DNA of 51,930 nt from a virus (lineage: Duplodnaviria; Caudoviricetes), in the IMG/VR virus record IMGVR_UViG_3300043415_000095, positions 1 through 51,930 of that record; one strand, 5' to 3'. The number at the start of each line of letters is the position of its first letter. Within the stretch, counting starts at the first letter, position 1. A program made the translations under genes and the position numbers. The notes beneath the pieces were generated by a model that had not been told where the DNA came from, made no database searches, and saw only the letters and a list, made by a program, of their open reading frames with translations. Shown in pieces: positions 8,356 through 18,202 of this stretch.

Positions 8356-8918
8356 TGGCACATGCCCTCTATTCACCTTCCGGTTACGAACGCTGGGGCC
8401 GCTGTCCTGGCTCGATCAATCTGACGAAAGACTATCCCCGCAAATCTTCAGCCTATGCGGTGGAAGGAACATGCGCCCACGAACTGGCCCAGCGTTGCTT
8501 GGTTAAGAACCTGCCTGCCGAAACCTTTATCGGCGAGGAGTTCGACATCGAGGGCCAGAAGATCGCCATCACCCAGGACATGGCCGACTTCGTCCAGAGC
8601 TACATCGATCTGGTCAAGAGCTACGGCGGCGTCCGCCTCATCGAGCAGAAGCTCCCGATCAGTCACATCACAGGCGAAGAGGATGCCCACGGCACGGCGG
8701 ATTGCGTCATCGTCACCGACGATGAACTGCTGATTATCGACCTCAAGTACGGCATGGGTGTCCGGGTCGAGGCAGAGCGCAATACTCAGTTGATGATCTA
8801 CGCGCTGGCGGCACTCGACTACTACTCATGGGAAGGCCCGTTCAAGCGTATCCGCTTGGTGATCCACCAGCCGCGCCTCGACCACATCAGTGAATGGGTG
8901 ATTGAAGATGAGCTTTAA
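8355..8918 (+). CDS. DUF2800 Cas4-like exonuclease, N-terminal part
   Basis: HALYSPS...CPGS, EGTCAH, GTAD, IIDLKYG, QLMIYA, QPR. Confidence 0.85.
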   Translation: MAHALYSPSGYERWGRCPGSINLTKDYPRKSSAYAVEGTCAHELAQRCLVKNLPAETFIGEEFDIEGQKIAITQDMADFVQSYIDLVKSYGGVRLIEQKLPISHITGEEDAHGTADCVIVTDDELLIIDLKYGMGVRVEAERNTQLMIYALAALDYYSWEGPFKRIRLVIHQPRLDHISEWVIEDEL

Positions 8919-9528
8919 GACATTACGTGATTTCGGCGATGAAGTTCGTGCGGCAGTTCTAGCCACACAGCGCCCAGACGCTGAGATCGTTCCGGGTTTA
9001 AAGCAATGCCGCTTTTGCCCTGCTGCTGACACTTGTACCGCGCTGGCCGAGCATATCTACGCCAGCATCGCCGATGACTTTGTGGACTTGGATGACCCCA
9101 TGCCGAAATTGAAAACTGCAATGGACCGCGAGATGGATGCCCATCAACTAGCACAGGCCATGGCCTCGCTCGACCTCATCACCAACTGGGTGAAAACGAT
9201 CCGCAAGCGGGTGTTTGAGGAGTTCAAAAATGGCCGCGAAGTCCCCGGATTCAAAGTCGTCAAGGGAAAACGCGGCAACCGTAAATGGCTCGATGAAACG
9301 ATTGTCTGGCAGTTGTTTCAAGAAGCCGGCATCGACACTGAGGAGTACGTCGATGTGTCTCTGATCTCCCCTACGAAAGCATCCAAGGCTTTCAAAGGGA
9401 CAGACCTGTGGGAACTCCTGGCGGAGAACCACATTTTCCAGCCGGAGGGGCAACCGTCGATAGCGCCAACTACCGACAAACGCCCCGCCATTTCTATCAA
9501 TGACGACTATTTCGAGGATTTTGAATAA
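8902..9528 (+). CDS. DUF2800 Cas4-like exonuclease, C-terminal part (+1 frame)
   Basis: QCRFCPAADTC, PGFKVVKGKRGNRKW, DKRPAI. Confidence 0.8.
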   Translation: MKMSFKTLRDFGDEVRAAVLATQRPDAEIVPGLKQCRFCPAADTCTALAEHIYASIADDFVDLDDPMPKLKTAMDREMDAHQLAQAMASLDLITNWVKTIRKRVFEEFKNGREVPGFKVVKGKRGNRKWLDETIVWQLFQEAGIDTEEYVDVSLISPTKASKAFKGTDLWELLAENHIFQPEGQPSIAPTTDKRPAISINDDYFEDFE

Positions 9529-10088
9529 TGTCATTCGTCATCAAAAACGCCCGCCTGTCGTATCCCGCACTCTTCAACCCGAAGGATTACAAAGGCGACA
9601 AGAACTTCAAGTGGCAAGCCCACTTTCTCATTCCGAAAAACGATCCGCAAGTTGCTGAACTTGAGGCCGTCATGCTTCAGCAAGCGAAAGCTAAGTGGGG
9701 TTCCAAGGCTCAGACTATTTTCGACAACCTCAAGTCGGACAACAAAATCTGCCTGTTGGACGGCAAGCGCAAGCCTGACGAGGAAGCCTACCAGGGGATG
9801 ATGTTTGTCTCGGCCAACCACGCCAAGAAGAAACCGGATGTTCGCCGTCGGGACAAGTCCAGAGCCACTGAAGACGATGAAGGGACTCTTTTCTATCCAG
9901 GCGCTGTTGTGTTGGGAGTCCTGGAAATTTACTGCCAGGACAACAACTACGGTAAGCGCATCAACGCCAGCCTCCTTGGTGTCCAGTTCATGGCCCATGC
10001 AGATCGCTTTGCCGGTGGGCTATCCGTCGCCAAAGACGAAGACTTTGAAGACCTTGGCGACGGCGCTGACGCAGACGACTTTATTTAA
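9528..10088 (+). CDS. DUF2815 single-stranded DNA-binding protein
   Basis: RLSYPALF, FYPG, GVQF and acidic C-terminal tail ending DDFI. Confidence 0.85.
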   Translation: MSFVIKNARLSYPALFNPKDYKGDKNFKWQAHFLIPKNDPQVAELEAVMLQQAKAKWGSKAQTIFDNLKSDNKICLLDGKRKPDEEAYQGMMFVSANHAKKKPDVRRRDKSRATEDDEGTLFYPGAVVLGVLEIYCQDNNYGKRINASLLGVQFMAHADRFAGGLSVAKDEDFEDLGDGADADDFI

Positions 10089-10100
10089 GGAGAACCTGAG

Positions 10101-10349
10101 ATGTATCAACTCGTTGACAACCTTCCCGTTCCCCGCGCCACCCGCCGACTAAAGCACGGCAAGTACCCTCTTGCGGCGATGCAACCGGGACAGGCTTTCA
10201 TCATCCCGGCGGACAACATGTCAAAGAGTGGGATTAAAAGCGTCCGCAGCTATGTCGGTGCGTTCCGTAGAAGTCCCGATCAACTTGGCAAGAAGTTTGC
10301 CATCCGTCAGCTTGAAGACGGCAACGTAGGCGTTTGGCGGGTTAGTTAA
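10101..10349 (+). CDS. Conserved small phage protein (KYPxxxMxxGxxF...VWR)
   Basis: 82-aa ORF with AAGGAG RBS. Confidence 0.75.
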   Translation: MYQLVDNLPVPRATRRLKHGKYPLAAMQPGQAFIIPADNMSKSGIKSVRSYVGAFRRSPDQLGKKFAIRQLEDGNVGVWRVS

Positions 10350-10356
10350 GTGCTCT

Positions 10357-10386
10357 TTCCCGCCTCAGAGATGGGGCGGGCTTTTT
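10357..10386 (+). terminator. Rho-independent terminator
   Basis: CCCGCCTCA/TGGGGCGGG stem followed by CTTTTT. Confidence 0.7.
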
Positions 10387-10391
10387 AGGAG

Positions 10392-10721
10392 ATGATGATG
10401 GATAGTTATTTTTTCCGATTTATGAACGAGGACGGTACTCCTACTGGACGTATTGGTTTGACTTCTGGTAGGACGCTAACCGATGTTTTTTGGGAGATCG
10501 ATCAATACGGCGATCCTTGTAGTGTTCAGATACATCCAGTTAAAGCTGGGTCTTTCTGTGTGCATTTGCAGGAAAACGAAGATCAAGACCTATATGAGTT
10601 TAGTGAGGTTGAGTTTACTGAAAACTTTCCTGACTCAAATTCAAAAAACTGGAAAGTGCCGACGTGGGCCACTGAGAAGGGACTACATGAAATCTATTCA
10701 GTATCGTTCGGAGTCAACTAA
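10392..10721 (+). CDS. Hypothetical protein (lower GC)
   Basis: 109-aa ORF with AGGAG RBS. Confidence 0.7.
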   Translation: MMMDSYFFRFMNEDGTPTGRIGLTSGRTLTDVFWEIDQYGDPCSVQIHPVKAGSFCVHLQENEDQDLYEFSEVEFTENFPDSNSKNWKVPTWATEKGLHEIYSVSFGVN

Positions 10722-11485
10722 TGGATATTACAATTGCAAACATCAGCATTCGACAAGACGCAGATGGCCGCTACAACCTTAACGATCTGCACAGAGCTTC
10801 TGGCGGCTTCGACAAGGACCGCCCTAGTAAATGGCTGAGTTTAGAGGCGACCCGCGCCCTCGTACAGGAACTTGATGCTGAAGTCAAGAAAGACCAAAAA
10901 CGGTCTATCGTTTCAAAACAAGGACTTGGAACTTACGCATGTATTGAACTCGTATATGACTACGCTACGTGGATTAGCCCAGCGTTTAAGGTCGATGTGT
11001 ACCGCACATTTCATTTCGTAAAGACGGAAAACCCAGTAAAACAACTGCCGCTAGACGCTTCTTTTAAGCTGGGCAAAACCGCAGTCCAATTTTACAAAAC
11101 TATAGGTCTGGATAATAACGCCGCCGCAATAGCAGCTAATCAGGTAGTAATCAAATCTTATGGGACAAACCTACTAGAACTGGGTGGGCAGACACACCTA
11201 ATATCAGCAACTCAATGCCACTATTACACGCCGACCGATCTTAGTAAGGAGTTGGGGGATGTATCTGCTGCCGCAGTCAATACCGCTTTGCGGGATGCGG
11301 GGCTCCAAACGAACATCAGTGGCAAGTGGACCCCTACCGAGAGTGGTCAGCCCTATGGTCGGATATTTGACACCGGAAAAGCACACAACGATGGGGTGCC
11401 GATAACCCAGTTGAAATGGTCCATGGATGTCCTCGACTTCATTCGAGAACGATTTGTTCTTCCTGAGAACTTGTTCATCGGCTGA
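10721..11485 (+). CDS. KilA-N domain protein (antirepressor-like)
   Basis: IRQDADGRYNLNDLHRASG...GTY...YATWISPAF; C-terminal winged-helix-like TPTDL...VNTAL...WTPTE. Confidence 0.85.
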   Translation: MDITIANISIRQDADGRYNLNDLHRASGGFDKDRPSKWLSLEATRALVQELDAEVKKDQKRSIVSKQGLGTYACIELVYDYATWISPAFKVDVYRTFHFVKTENPVKQLPLDASFKLGKTAVQFYKTIGLDNNAAAIAANQVVIKSYGTNLLELGGQTHLISATQCHYYTPTDLSKELGDVSAAAVNTALRDAGLQTNISGKWTPTESGQPYGRIFDTGKAHNDGVPITQLKWSMDVLDFIRERFVLPENLFIG

Positions 11486-11523
11486 CTTTTTTTTCGCCCA
11501 GCATTACAAGCATAGCTTTAAAA

Positions 11524-11841
11524 ATGAACCAAGAACGTATACAGTTGCTTGCGAAAAGCCACCCTGACATCCCGGCAAATTTCACCGACTGGTTGGCGGA
11601 AAACTTCCCAATTTGGGAACGCTTTGAGCAGGAAGCTCTGACCATTGCGCGTTCCGGTCGGGAGCATTACAGCGCCTACACCATTCGGGAATACATCCGG
11701 CATGAAACGCTGCTGCGAGAGAAAGGCACCGACTTCAAGCTCACCAACAATGTCACACCATCCCTCGCCCGCCTGTTTGCCCTGGCTAACCCGGAGTTCG
11801 CTGGACTCTTCACCTTCAAGGCCATAAGGAGAGCGGCGTGA
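11524..11841 (+). CDS. Conserved phage hypothetical protein
   Basis: ENFPIWERFE...HYSAYTI...FKLTNN...ARLF. Confidence 0.75.
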   Translation: MNQERIQLLAKSHPDIPANFTDWLAENFPIWERFEQEALTIARSGREHYSAYTIREYIRHETLLREKGTDFKLTNNVTPSLARLFALANPEFAGLFTFKAIRRAA

Positions 11842-13882
11842 TCTGCTGGCAGGACACCGAGACCTATAGTCCCGTACCTATCAAGCACGGCGTCCATGCG
11901 TATGCCGAGCGGGTCGAGGTGATGTTGTGGGCCTATGCCATCGATGACGGCCCCGTCTCCGTCTGGGACCGCACCCAGGTGGACGACATGCCGGCTGATC
12001 TTGCCGCCGCCCGTGCGAATCCCGAGTGCATCCATGTCTTTCACAATTCGCAGTTCGACAGAACGGTGCTGGGCTGGAACGGCTTCGATGTGCCGCTCGA
12101 CCGCACCTTGGACACCATGGTGATGGCGCTGGAGCATTCCCTGCCCGCCAGCCTGGGACAACTCTGTGAAGTGCTACGGGTGCCTACCGACAAGGCCAAG
12201 GATAAGGACGGCAAGCGGTTGATCCATCTGTTCTGCCAGCCCCGCCCGAAGAACGTCAAGCTCCGCAGAGCTACCGCCGAAACCCATCCCATTGAGTGGG
12301 CCAAATTCGTCAGCTACGCCGGCAACGATATCGAAGCCATGCGCGAGTGCTACAAGAGGTTGCCGAAGTGGAACTTCAAGTAACCGAAATGGGCTTGTGG
12401 CGGCTCGACCAGCGCATCAATGAGCGCGGCATTCGGGTTGACCTGGGACTGGCCCGTGCGGCGGTTGCCGCCACCGAGCGTGAACAGGTGCGCCTGGCAG
12501 AAAAGGCCCACGACATGACTGATGGTGAGGTCGCCTCGACCACCCAGCGCGATGCCCTTCTGCGCCACATTGCCGACACCTATGGTGTCCAGCTTCCCGA
12601 CTTGCGGAAAGCTACGGTGGAAAGGCTACTCAGCAACAGCACCCTGCCGCAGGAAGTCATCGATCTTCTGACGATCCGGCTTCAGGCGTCGGCCACCTCC
12701 ACGGCCAAATACCAGGCACTGCTGCATGGTGTAAGTTCCGATGGTCGCCTGCGTGGGCTCCTGCAATTCTGTGGGGCATTACGGACGGGCCGTTGGAGTG
12801 GCCGGCTATTCCAGCCGCAAAACCTTCCGCGCCCTACGTATAAGCAGAACGAGATTGATCTTGGCATCCAGGCCATCAAGGCGGGCATCGATGATCTGAT
12901 CTTCGACAACCCAATGGAGTTGATCTCCAACCTGGTCCGCTCCTGTCTGATCCCCAGCGAAGGCTCGCAGTTTGTCGTCGCTGACTTGAGCAACATCGAG
13001 GGCCGGGTCGCCGCCTGGATCAGCGGCGAAGAATGGAAACTCGAAGCCTTCCGCCTGTTCGATGCCGATCTTGGTCCCGATCTCTATTGCGTGGCTTACG
13101 GCAAGTCTTTCGGCATTGACCCTGCCGAAGTGACCGGCGACCAGCGTCAGGTCGGTAAGGTGCAGGAACTCGCCCTCCAGTACGGGGGCGGCGCTAATGC
13201 CTTCGCGACTTTTGCCGCCGCCTACAGCATCGATCTTGATGAATTGGCTGATCAAGCGTGGGAAGTCATCCCTAAAGAAACCCGCGAAAAGTCGGCAAGC
13301 CTCTTGGATTGGATGAAGAGCAAGAAGGCCAAAATCTCCATGTCCGAACGGGCGTGGATCGTCTGCGATTCCTTCAAATCCCTCTGGCGCACCGCCCACC
13401 CAGGCATCACCGGCTACTGGGACACGCTTGATAAAGCCGTGCGGAAAGCCATTGAGAAACCCGGCATCGCGTTCACGGCGGGCCGTTGCAAGGTACGCCG
13501 CGACGGCAAGTGGCTACGGATCAGACTGCCTTCGGGACGGTTCCTTTGCTACCCCGATATTCGCATCGATAGTGAAGACCAGATCACCTACAAGGGTATC
13601 GATCAGTTCACCCGCAAGTGGACTGACATCCACTCTTACGGCCCGAAGTTTCTGGAGAACCTCGTCCAGAGCATCTCTCGCGATGTACTGGCCCACGGCA
13701 TGGTGCTGGCAGAAAACGCCGGCTTCCAGATCGTGCTGACCGTGCATGACGAAATCATTTCTGAGCATCCCAGCTTCGACCACCACTATCTCGCGGAACT
13801 AATGGCGACTAATCCTTGCTGGGCGGAGGGTCTTCCGCTGAAAGCGGCGGGATTTACCGCTAATCGGTACAGGAAGGGCTGA
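11838..13882 (+). CDS. Family A DNA polymerase, frameshifted near 12380
   Basis: Exonuclease DTETYS and HNSQFD in 11838-12383; RTGRWSG, DLSNIEGR, KVQELALQYG and VHDE in 12296-13882. Confidence 0.9.
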
Positions 13883-14160
13883 TGGACGACGACCCTGATG
13901 TTCTGCGCGGCCTGGTTGAGCTGCGCCGACATAAATCGAAATCGAAATCGACCCCTGAGCATCGCGCCTTGCACCGCAAGTTGCTCTCCAAGCTCGGTGG
14001 GTTTTATGCAAAGAACCACTACGAGGTTATGCAGGATGACAGTCACAGCTACCCGCACTTCAACGCCTACGAAACCGCTGACGGAGAACGTCTCATCGAC
14101 AGCCTCCACGAAGACGCTACCTGGATCACCTACATGTACCGGAGATCGAGAGATGCGTGA
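13882..14160 (+). CDS. Hypothetical protein
   Basis: TGATG coupling to the polymerase gene. Confidence 0.55.
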   Translation: MDDDPDVLRGLVELRRHKSKSKSTPEHRALHRKLLSKLGGFYAKNHYEVMQDDSHSYPHFNAYETADGERLIDSLHEDATWITYMYRRSRDA

Positions 14161-14422
14161 ATCCAGGATCGAGCAATACCTCATCGATGCCGTAGCTTTT
14201 CTCGGTGGTGAGACCCGCAAAGTTCAGTGGATCGGGCGCAACGGCGCTCCTGACCGGGTGGTGTGGTTGCCCAATGGTAAGCAGTTGTGGATCGAACTCA
14301 AAGCTCCAGGCAAAGCGCCCTCCCCCACCCAGGTCCGTGAACATGCGCGTATGGCCCGCTGCGGTCAGCACGTTTACATCATCGATTCAATTGAAGCCGT
14401 TGAGAGGTTGCTAGGCGTATGA
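14153..14422 (+). CDS. VRR-NUC domain nuclease
   Basis: MRESRIE...GAPDR...IELKAPG. Confidence 0.9.
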   Translation: MRESRIEQYLIDAVAFLGGETRKVQWIGRNGAPDRVVWLPNGKQLWIELKAPGKAPSPTQVREHARMARCGQHVYIIDSIEAVERLLGV

Positions 14423-14655
14423 AAGGCCGCGCTAGTGACCGACGCGGTCTGGCCAGTCGCTATGACCTCTCTACCCCGAGTGGCGTAGACCATGAGCGGA
14501 TGTTCCTGCTGGAACAAGCCGGCGGGATTCAGTTCTCCCCTCGAGATACGCGCTTCTGCGAGAACTGTCAGCGCCACATCAAATTCCCACCCGGCAAGCG
14601 CCCCAAGGCGTTCAAGGGTTGGAAGTGTGCGGCCTGCCGGAGGAATGCAGCATGA
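14419..14655 (+). CDS. Small zinc-finger protein
   Basis: CENC...CAAC; ATGA coupling at both ends. Confidence 0.6.
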   Translation: MKGRASDRRGLASRYDLSTPSGVDHERMFLLEQAGGIQFSPRDTRFCENCQRHIKFPPGKRPKAFKGWKCAACRRNAA

Positions 14656-16007
14656 AGTTCCGGCCTTACCAAAGAGCAATGATTTCATTTATCCAGCAAA
14701 ACAAGCGTTGCTTGTTATGGAGCTTCATGGGCTCGGGTAAGACAGTGGCTACGCTGACTGCGGTCGATCATTTGTCTTTGGTCGAGGACATCTATCCGAT
14801 CCTCGTCATCGCTCCCAAGCGAGTGGCGCAGACAACATGGCCGACCGAGGCCAAGGCGTGGGATCACCTCGGACATTTGAAGGTGTCCACGATCATCGGA
14901 ACCCCCGCCGAACGCCGCCGAGCGGTGGACAAAAAGGCGGACATTTACACCATCAATTATGAGGGTCTGCCCTGGTTGGTCGAACATCTGAATGGTGACT
15001 GGCCGTTCAGGATGATCGTCGCCGATGAATCGACCCGGCTGAAGGGCTTCAGGACTCGCCAGGGCGGCAAACGCGCCAAGGCGTTAAGTCAGGTGGCCTT
15101 TAAATCGCCGCGCTTTCTCGGCCTTTCCGGCACTCCTGTGAGTAACGGCATCCTCGATATTTGGGGACAAGCGTACTTCTGTGACCGGGGGGATCGGCTG
15201 ATGAAAACCTTCCGCGCCTTCACTGATCGCTGGTTTCGCTCTATCCAGGTCGGCCAGGACTTTCGCGCTGTGAAGTTGGAGCCCTATGGACACTCACAAG
15301 CCGAGATCGAATCGCGGCTGGCGGACATCTGCTTGGCACTTAACGCCAAGGATCATTTCGACCTGAATGAGCCCATCGTCAACGTCCTGAAGGTCGATCT
15401 GCCAGCGCCGGCAGAAAGCATCTATCGAGAGATGGAACGCGAGATGTACATCTCGCTTCACGATGTTGAAGCGGTCAACGCCGCCAGCAAAACCATCAAG
15501 TGCTTACAGCTTGCCAACGGCTCGATCTACACCGACGACAAGGGCAGTTGGGAGCCCATACACGACATCAAACTCGAAGTACTGGAGTCCATCGTGGAAG
15601 AAGCGGCTGGCGCTCCTTTGCTGGTGGCCTACAACTTCAAGGCCGATCTTGCCCGACTCCTTGCCAGATTCCCCAAGGCGAAGGTTCTCGACAGCGATCC
15701 CAAGACTATCGAGGACTGGAACGCGGGACATATCCCGATGCTGTGTCTGCACCCGAGGAGTGCTGGGCACGGACTCAATCTCCAGTACGGCGGTAACACC
15801 CTGGTGTTCTTCAGCGTCGATTGGAACCTCGAAGAACGACTACAGGTGATCGAGCGAATCGGCCCTGTTCGTCAAAAACAGGCCGGCTTTGATCGCCCTG
15901 TTTTCATCCACTACATCATCGCCGCCAAAACGATTGATGAGGTGGTTCTAGCCCGCGTAGATGAAAAGAAATCCGTATTGGACGCACTGATGGAGGCGAT
16001 GAAATGA
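14652..16007 (+). CDS. SNF2-like SF2 helicase
   Basis: RPYQ, MGSGKT, DEST, SGTP, GHGLNLQ, QVIERIG. Confidence 0.92.
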   Translation: MKFRPYQRAMISFIQQNKRCLLWSFMGSGKTVATLTAVDHLSLVEDIYPILVIAPKRVAQTTWPTEAKAWDHLGHLKVSTIIGTPAERRRAVDKKADIYTINYEGLPWLVEHLNGDWPFRMIVADESTRLKGFRTRQGGKRAKALSQVAFKSPRFLGLSGTPVSNGILDIWGQAYFCDRGDRLMKTFRAFTDRWFRSIQVGQDFRAVKLEPYGHSQAEIESRLADICLALNAKDHFDLNEPIVNVLKVDLPAPAESIYREMEREMYISLHDVEAVNAASKTIKCLQLANGSIYTDDKGSWEPIHDIKLEVLESIVEEAAGAPLLVAYNFKADLARLLARFPKAKVLDSDPKTIEDWNAGHIPMLCLHPRSAGHGLNLQYGGNTLVFFSVDWNLEERLQVIERIGPVRQKQAGFDRPVFIHYIIAAKTIDEVVLARVDEKKSVLDALMEAMK

Positions 16008-16156
16008 CCGAACACTTAAAACTCACCCTACTCCTCGCCGGCCTGATCTTGGCCGGATGGCTGGATGGGCAGGACGCCAAGATGGCGGAGCAGTACTCCG
16101 TCTCCATTGCCGGCCAGCAACTGGCCTGCCTGAGCTGCGCCGGAGGTGTTCGGTGA
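16004..16156 (+). CDS. Small membrane or secreted protein (50 aa)
   Basis: MTEHLKLTLLLAGLILAGWLDG...; coupled at both ends. Confidence 0.55.
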   Translation: MTEHLKLTLLLAGLILAGWLDGQDAKMAEQYSVSIAGQQLACLSCAGGVR

Positions 16157-16356
16157 AGTTCAAGTTGCACCACGGCTACCGGGTGGGCCAGATCATTCGG
16201 GAAGGGAAGCATTTTAGAAAGGTCATCAAGGTCGTTGGGCCTTGGTACGACGTGATGCCCTACTGCATCAATGCCCCGCTCTACATCCGCCCAGGCGCAT
16301 GGGCCGACAAGCTAGTCGATAACGCCCTCCGCTTGCAGGACATAGAGATTCGGTGA
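16153..16356 (+). CDS. Hypothetical protein
   Basis: GTG start after GGAGG. Confidence 0.55.
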   Translation: MKFKLHHGYRVGQIIREGKHFRKVIKVVGPWYDVMPYCINAPLYIRPGAWADKLVDNALRLQDIEIR

Positions 16357-16437
16357 GACGCCCGCCGAAAACCAAAACCCTCCCGGCGGTCGAGATCATC
16401 CGCCGGGGCAAGACTACGAAAACGAGGATTACGACAG

Positions 16438-16707
16438 ATGCCGAGACCAATGCTAATGCCAGAGCCTGGGACAAAATTCGGAAGGTGGACAGTGATAGGA
16501 GGAGTACGGAAGCCAACGACACATGCGAAGGCGGCGACCCAGACGCTGTGCCAATGCTCATGTGGAGTTAAACGCTACGTGATCGTACATGCCCTGCGGA
16601 ACGGTCGGTCTTTGTCGTGCGGATGCAAAGCAAAAGAGTATCACTCTAAGCTTATTCAAAGATACGCCGCGCTACCCAAGAGCTTTACTACCGCAGAACA
16701 ATCGTGA
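16438..16707 (+). CDS. Stand-alone HNH/AP2-associated N-terminal Cys domain
   Basis: KFGRWTV...CQCSCG...LRNGRSLSCGC. Confidence 0.65.
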   Translation: MPRPMLMPEPGTKFGRWTVIGGVRKPTTHAKAATQTLCQCSCGVKRYVIVHALRNGRSLSCGCKAKEYHSKLIQRYAALPKSFTTAEQS

Positions 16708-17381
16708 GCAAGCCAAATAACTTTATAGGGCAAGTATTCAATCGTCTTACAGTTATTGCCCGCAATGGAAACGATAAGTGGGGCAACTCTGCGTGGGAGT
16801 GCCTCTGCGTCTGTGGAACCATAAAGATAGTAAGTTCTGTGGCTCTTCGCGGGGGACACACCAAGTCTTGCGGGTGTTTTACCAGAGATAGGTGTCAAAA
16901 ACTTGGCAGAAAAAACGCGGTGCATAACCACGCAGGTCGGGACGGGGACTGCACTAGAAGCCGAGCGTATACAGCTTGGGTAAGTATGCGCCAAAGATGT
17001 AATAACCCAAAAACAGCGATGTATAGGTACTACGGTGGGAAAGGGGTATCTGTTTGCGATAGGTGGAATGAGTTTGTGAACTTCCTTGCAGACATGGGCG
17101 AACCTCCTTCTGGCGCAAGCCTCGATAGGATAGATAGTTCTGGCGACTATGATCCATCAAATTGTAGGTGGGCAACGGCTGTTGAGCAGAACACAAACCG
17201 CTCCACCACCGTATTCATTACCTATCGTAACGAAAGACTTTCAGTGAGCGCCTTCGCCAGAAAGATAGGAGTGCAAGTAAACACTGTTAGGAGGCGATTG
17301 AATAAGCAAGGCATGTCCCCCGAGGAAATAGCTTCAACACCAATCCGCAAACGGAAAGATAACGCGAGAACCTTTGAATGA
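16704..17381 (+). CDS. HNH homing endonuclease
   Basis: CLCVCG...[22 protein letters not shown]...NCRWAT...N; lower GC. Confidence 0.85.
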   Translation: MSKPNNFIGQVFNRLTVIARNGNDKWGNSAWECLCVCGTIKIVSSVALRGGHTKSCGCFTRDRCQKLGRKNAVHNHAGRDGDCTRSRAYTAWVSMRQRCNNPKTAMYRYYGGKGVSVCDRWNEFVNFLADMGEPPSGASLDRIDSSGDYDPSNCRWATAVEQNTNRSTTVFITYRNERLSVSAFARKIGVQVNTVRRRLNKQGMSPEEIASTPIRKRKDNARTFE

Positions 17382-17998
17382 ACGTCAAACTCATATCCAT
17401 CACCCCAGATGCAGAAAAGACCATCGCGTACTGCGCCAGGGTGTCGTCACCCTATCAGGACAATCCTCAATACGCCAAGTTGTTTCGCTACCTGAAAGAC
17501 CACGCGCATTGGTCACCCTACGAGATGGCCGACGCCACGGTCGAGATCACCACATCCCGCGCTATCGCGCAGCAAATACTCCGCCATCGGAGCTTCCAGT
17601 TTCAGGAGTTCAGCCAACGCTATGCCGAGGTGATGGCCTACGAGGCATACGCCCCGCGCCGGCAGGACGATAAGAACCGCCAAAACAGCATTGATGACCT
17701 GCCAGAGGAAATTCAGCGGTGGTGGTACGCCGAGCAGGATGAGATGTGGCGTAACGCCAAGTGGGTCTACGACATGGCCTTAGAACGGGGTGTCGCGAAG
17801 GAATGCGCCCGCATGATCCTGCCGCTGAACACCCAGACCCGGATCTATATGAAGGGGTCAATCAGATCGTGGAGTCACTTTTTCGACGTTCGTTGCGGAC
17901 CAGATACCCAGCTAGAGCATCGGGAAATTGCTCTCGCCATTCGCACCCTGCTCGCGGCAGAACTGCCGACCCTCGCGGAGGCTTTTGGGTGGGTATAG
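17378..17998 (+). CDS. thyX: FAD-dependent thymidylate synthase
   Basis: [14 protein letters not shown] motif, [20 protein letters not shown]. Confidence 0.95.
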   Translation: MNVKLISITPDAEKTIAYCARVSSPYQDNPQYAKLFRYLKDHAHWSPYEMADATVEITTSRAIAQQILRHRSFQFQEFSQRYAEVMAYEAYAPRRQDDKNRQNSIDDLPEEIQRWWYAEQDEMWRNAKWVYDMALERGVAKECARMILPLNTQTRIYMKGSIRSWSHFFDVRCGPDTQLEHREIALAIRTLLAAELPTLAEAFGWV

Positions 17999-18062
17999 GT
18001 GACGTTGCGTTTTTGATTGCCGCTGTTGGTTTTGCTATTGCCCTTTTTGAGTTGATTGAGCC

Positions 18063-18197
18063 ATGAAGAACAAACTACTGAAAGTCCTCGGGTCGGTAAT
18101 TGGGATTGCCTTTATCGCTGCCATCCTGCGCCTTTATTGGTGGGCCGCTGAAACCGCTTGGGTCGGCATGGGGCTGTTGCTGCCAGAGTTGAAATGA
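18063..18197 (+). CDS. Small membrane protein (44 aa)
   Basis: MKNKLLKVLGSVIGIAFIAAILRLYWW... Confidence 0.5.
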   Translation: MKNKLLKVLGSVIGIAFIAAILRLYWWAAETAWVGMGLLLPELK

Positions 18198-18202
18198 TCA
18201 AT

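Noticed and set aside
8355-9528. CRISPR Cas4
   Set aside because: It sits in the standard DUF2800-DUF2815-PolA replication module
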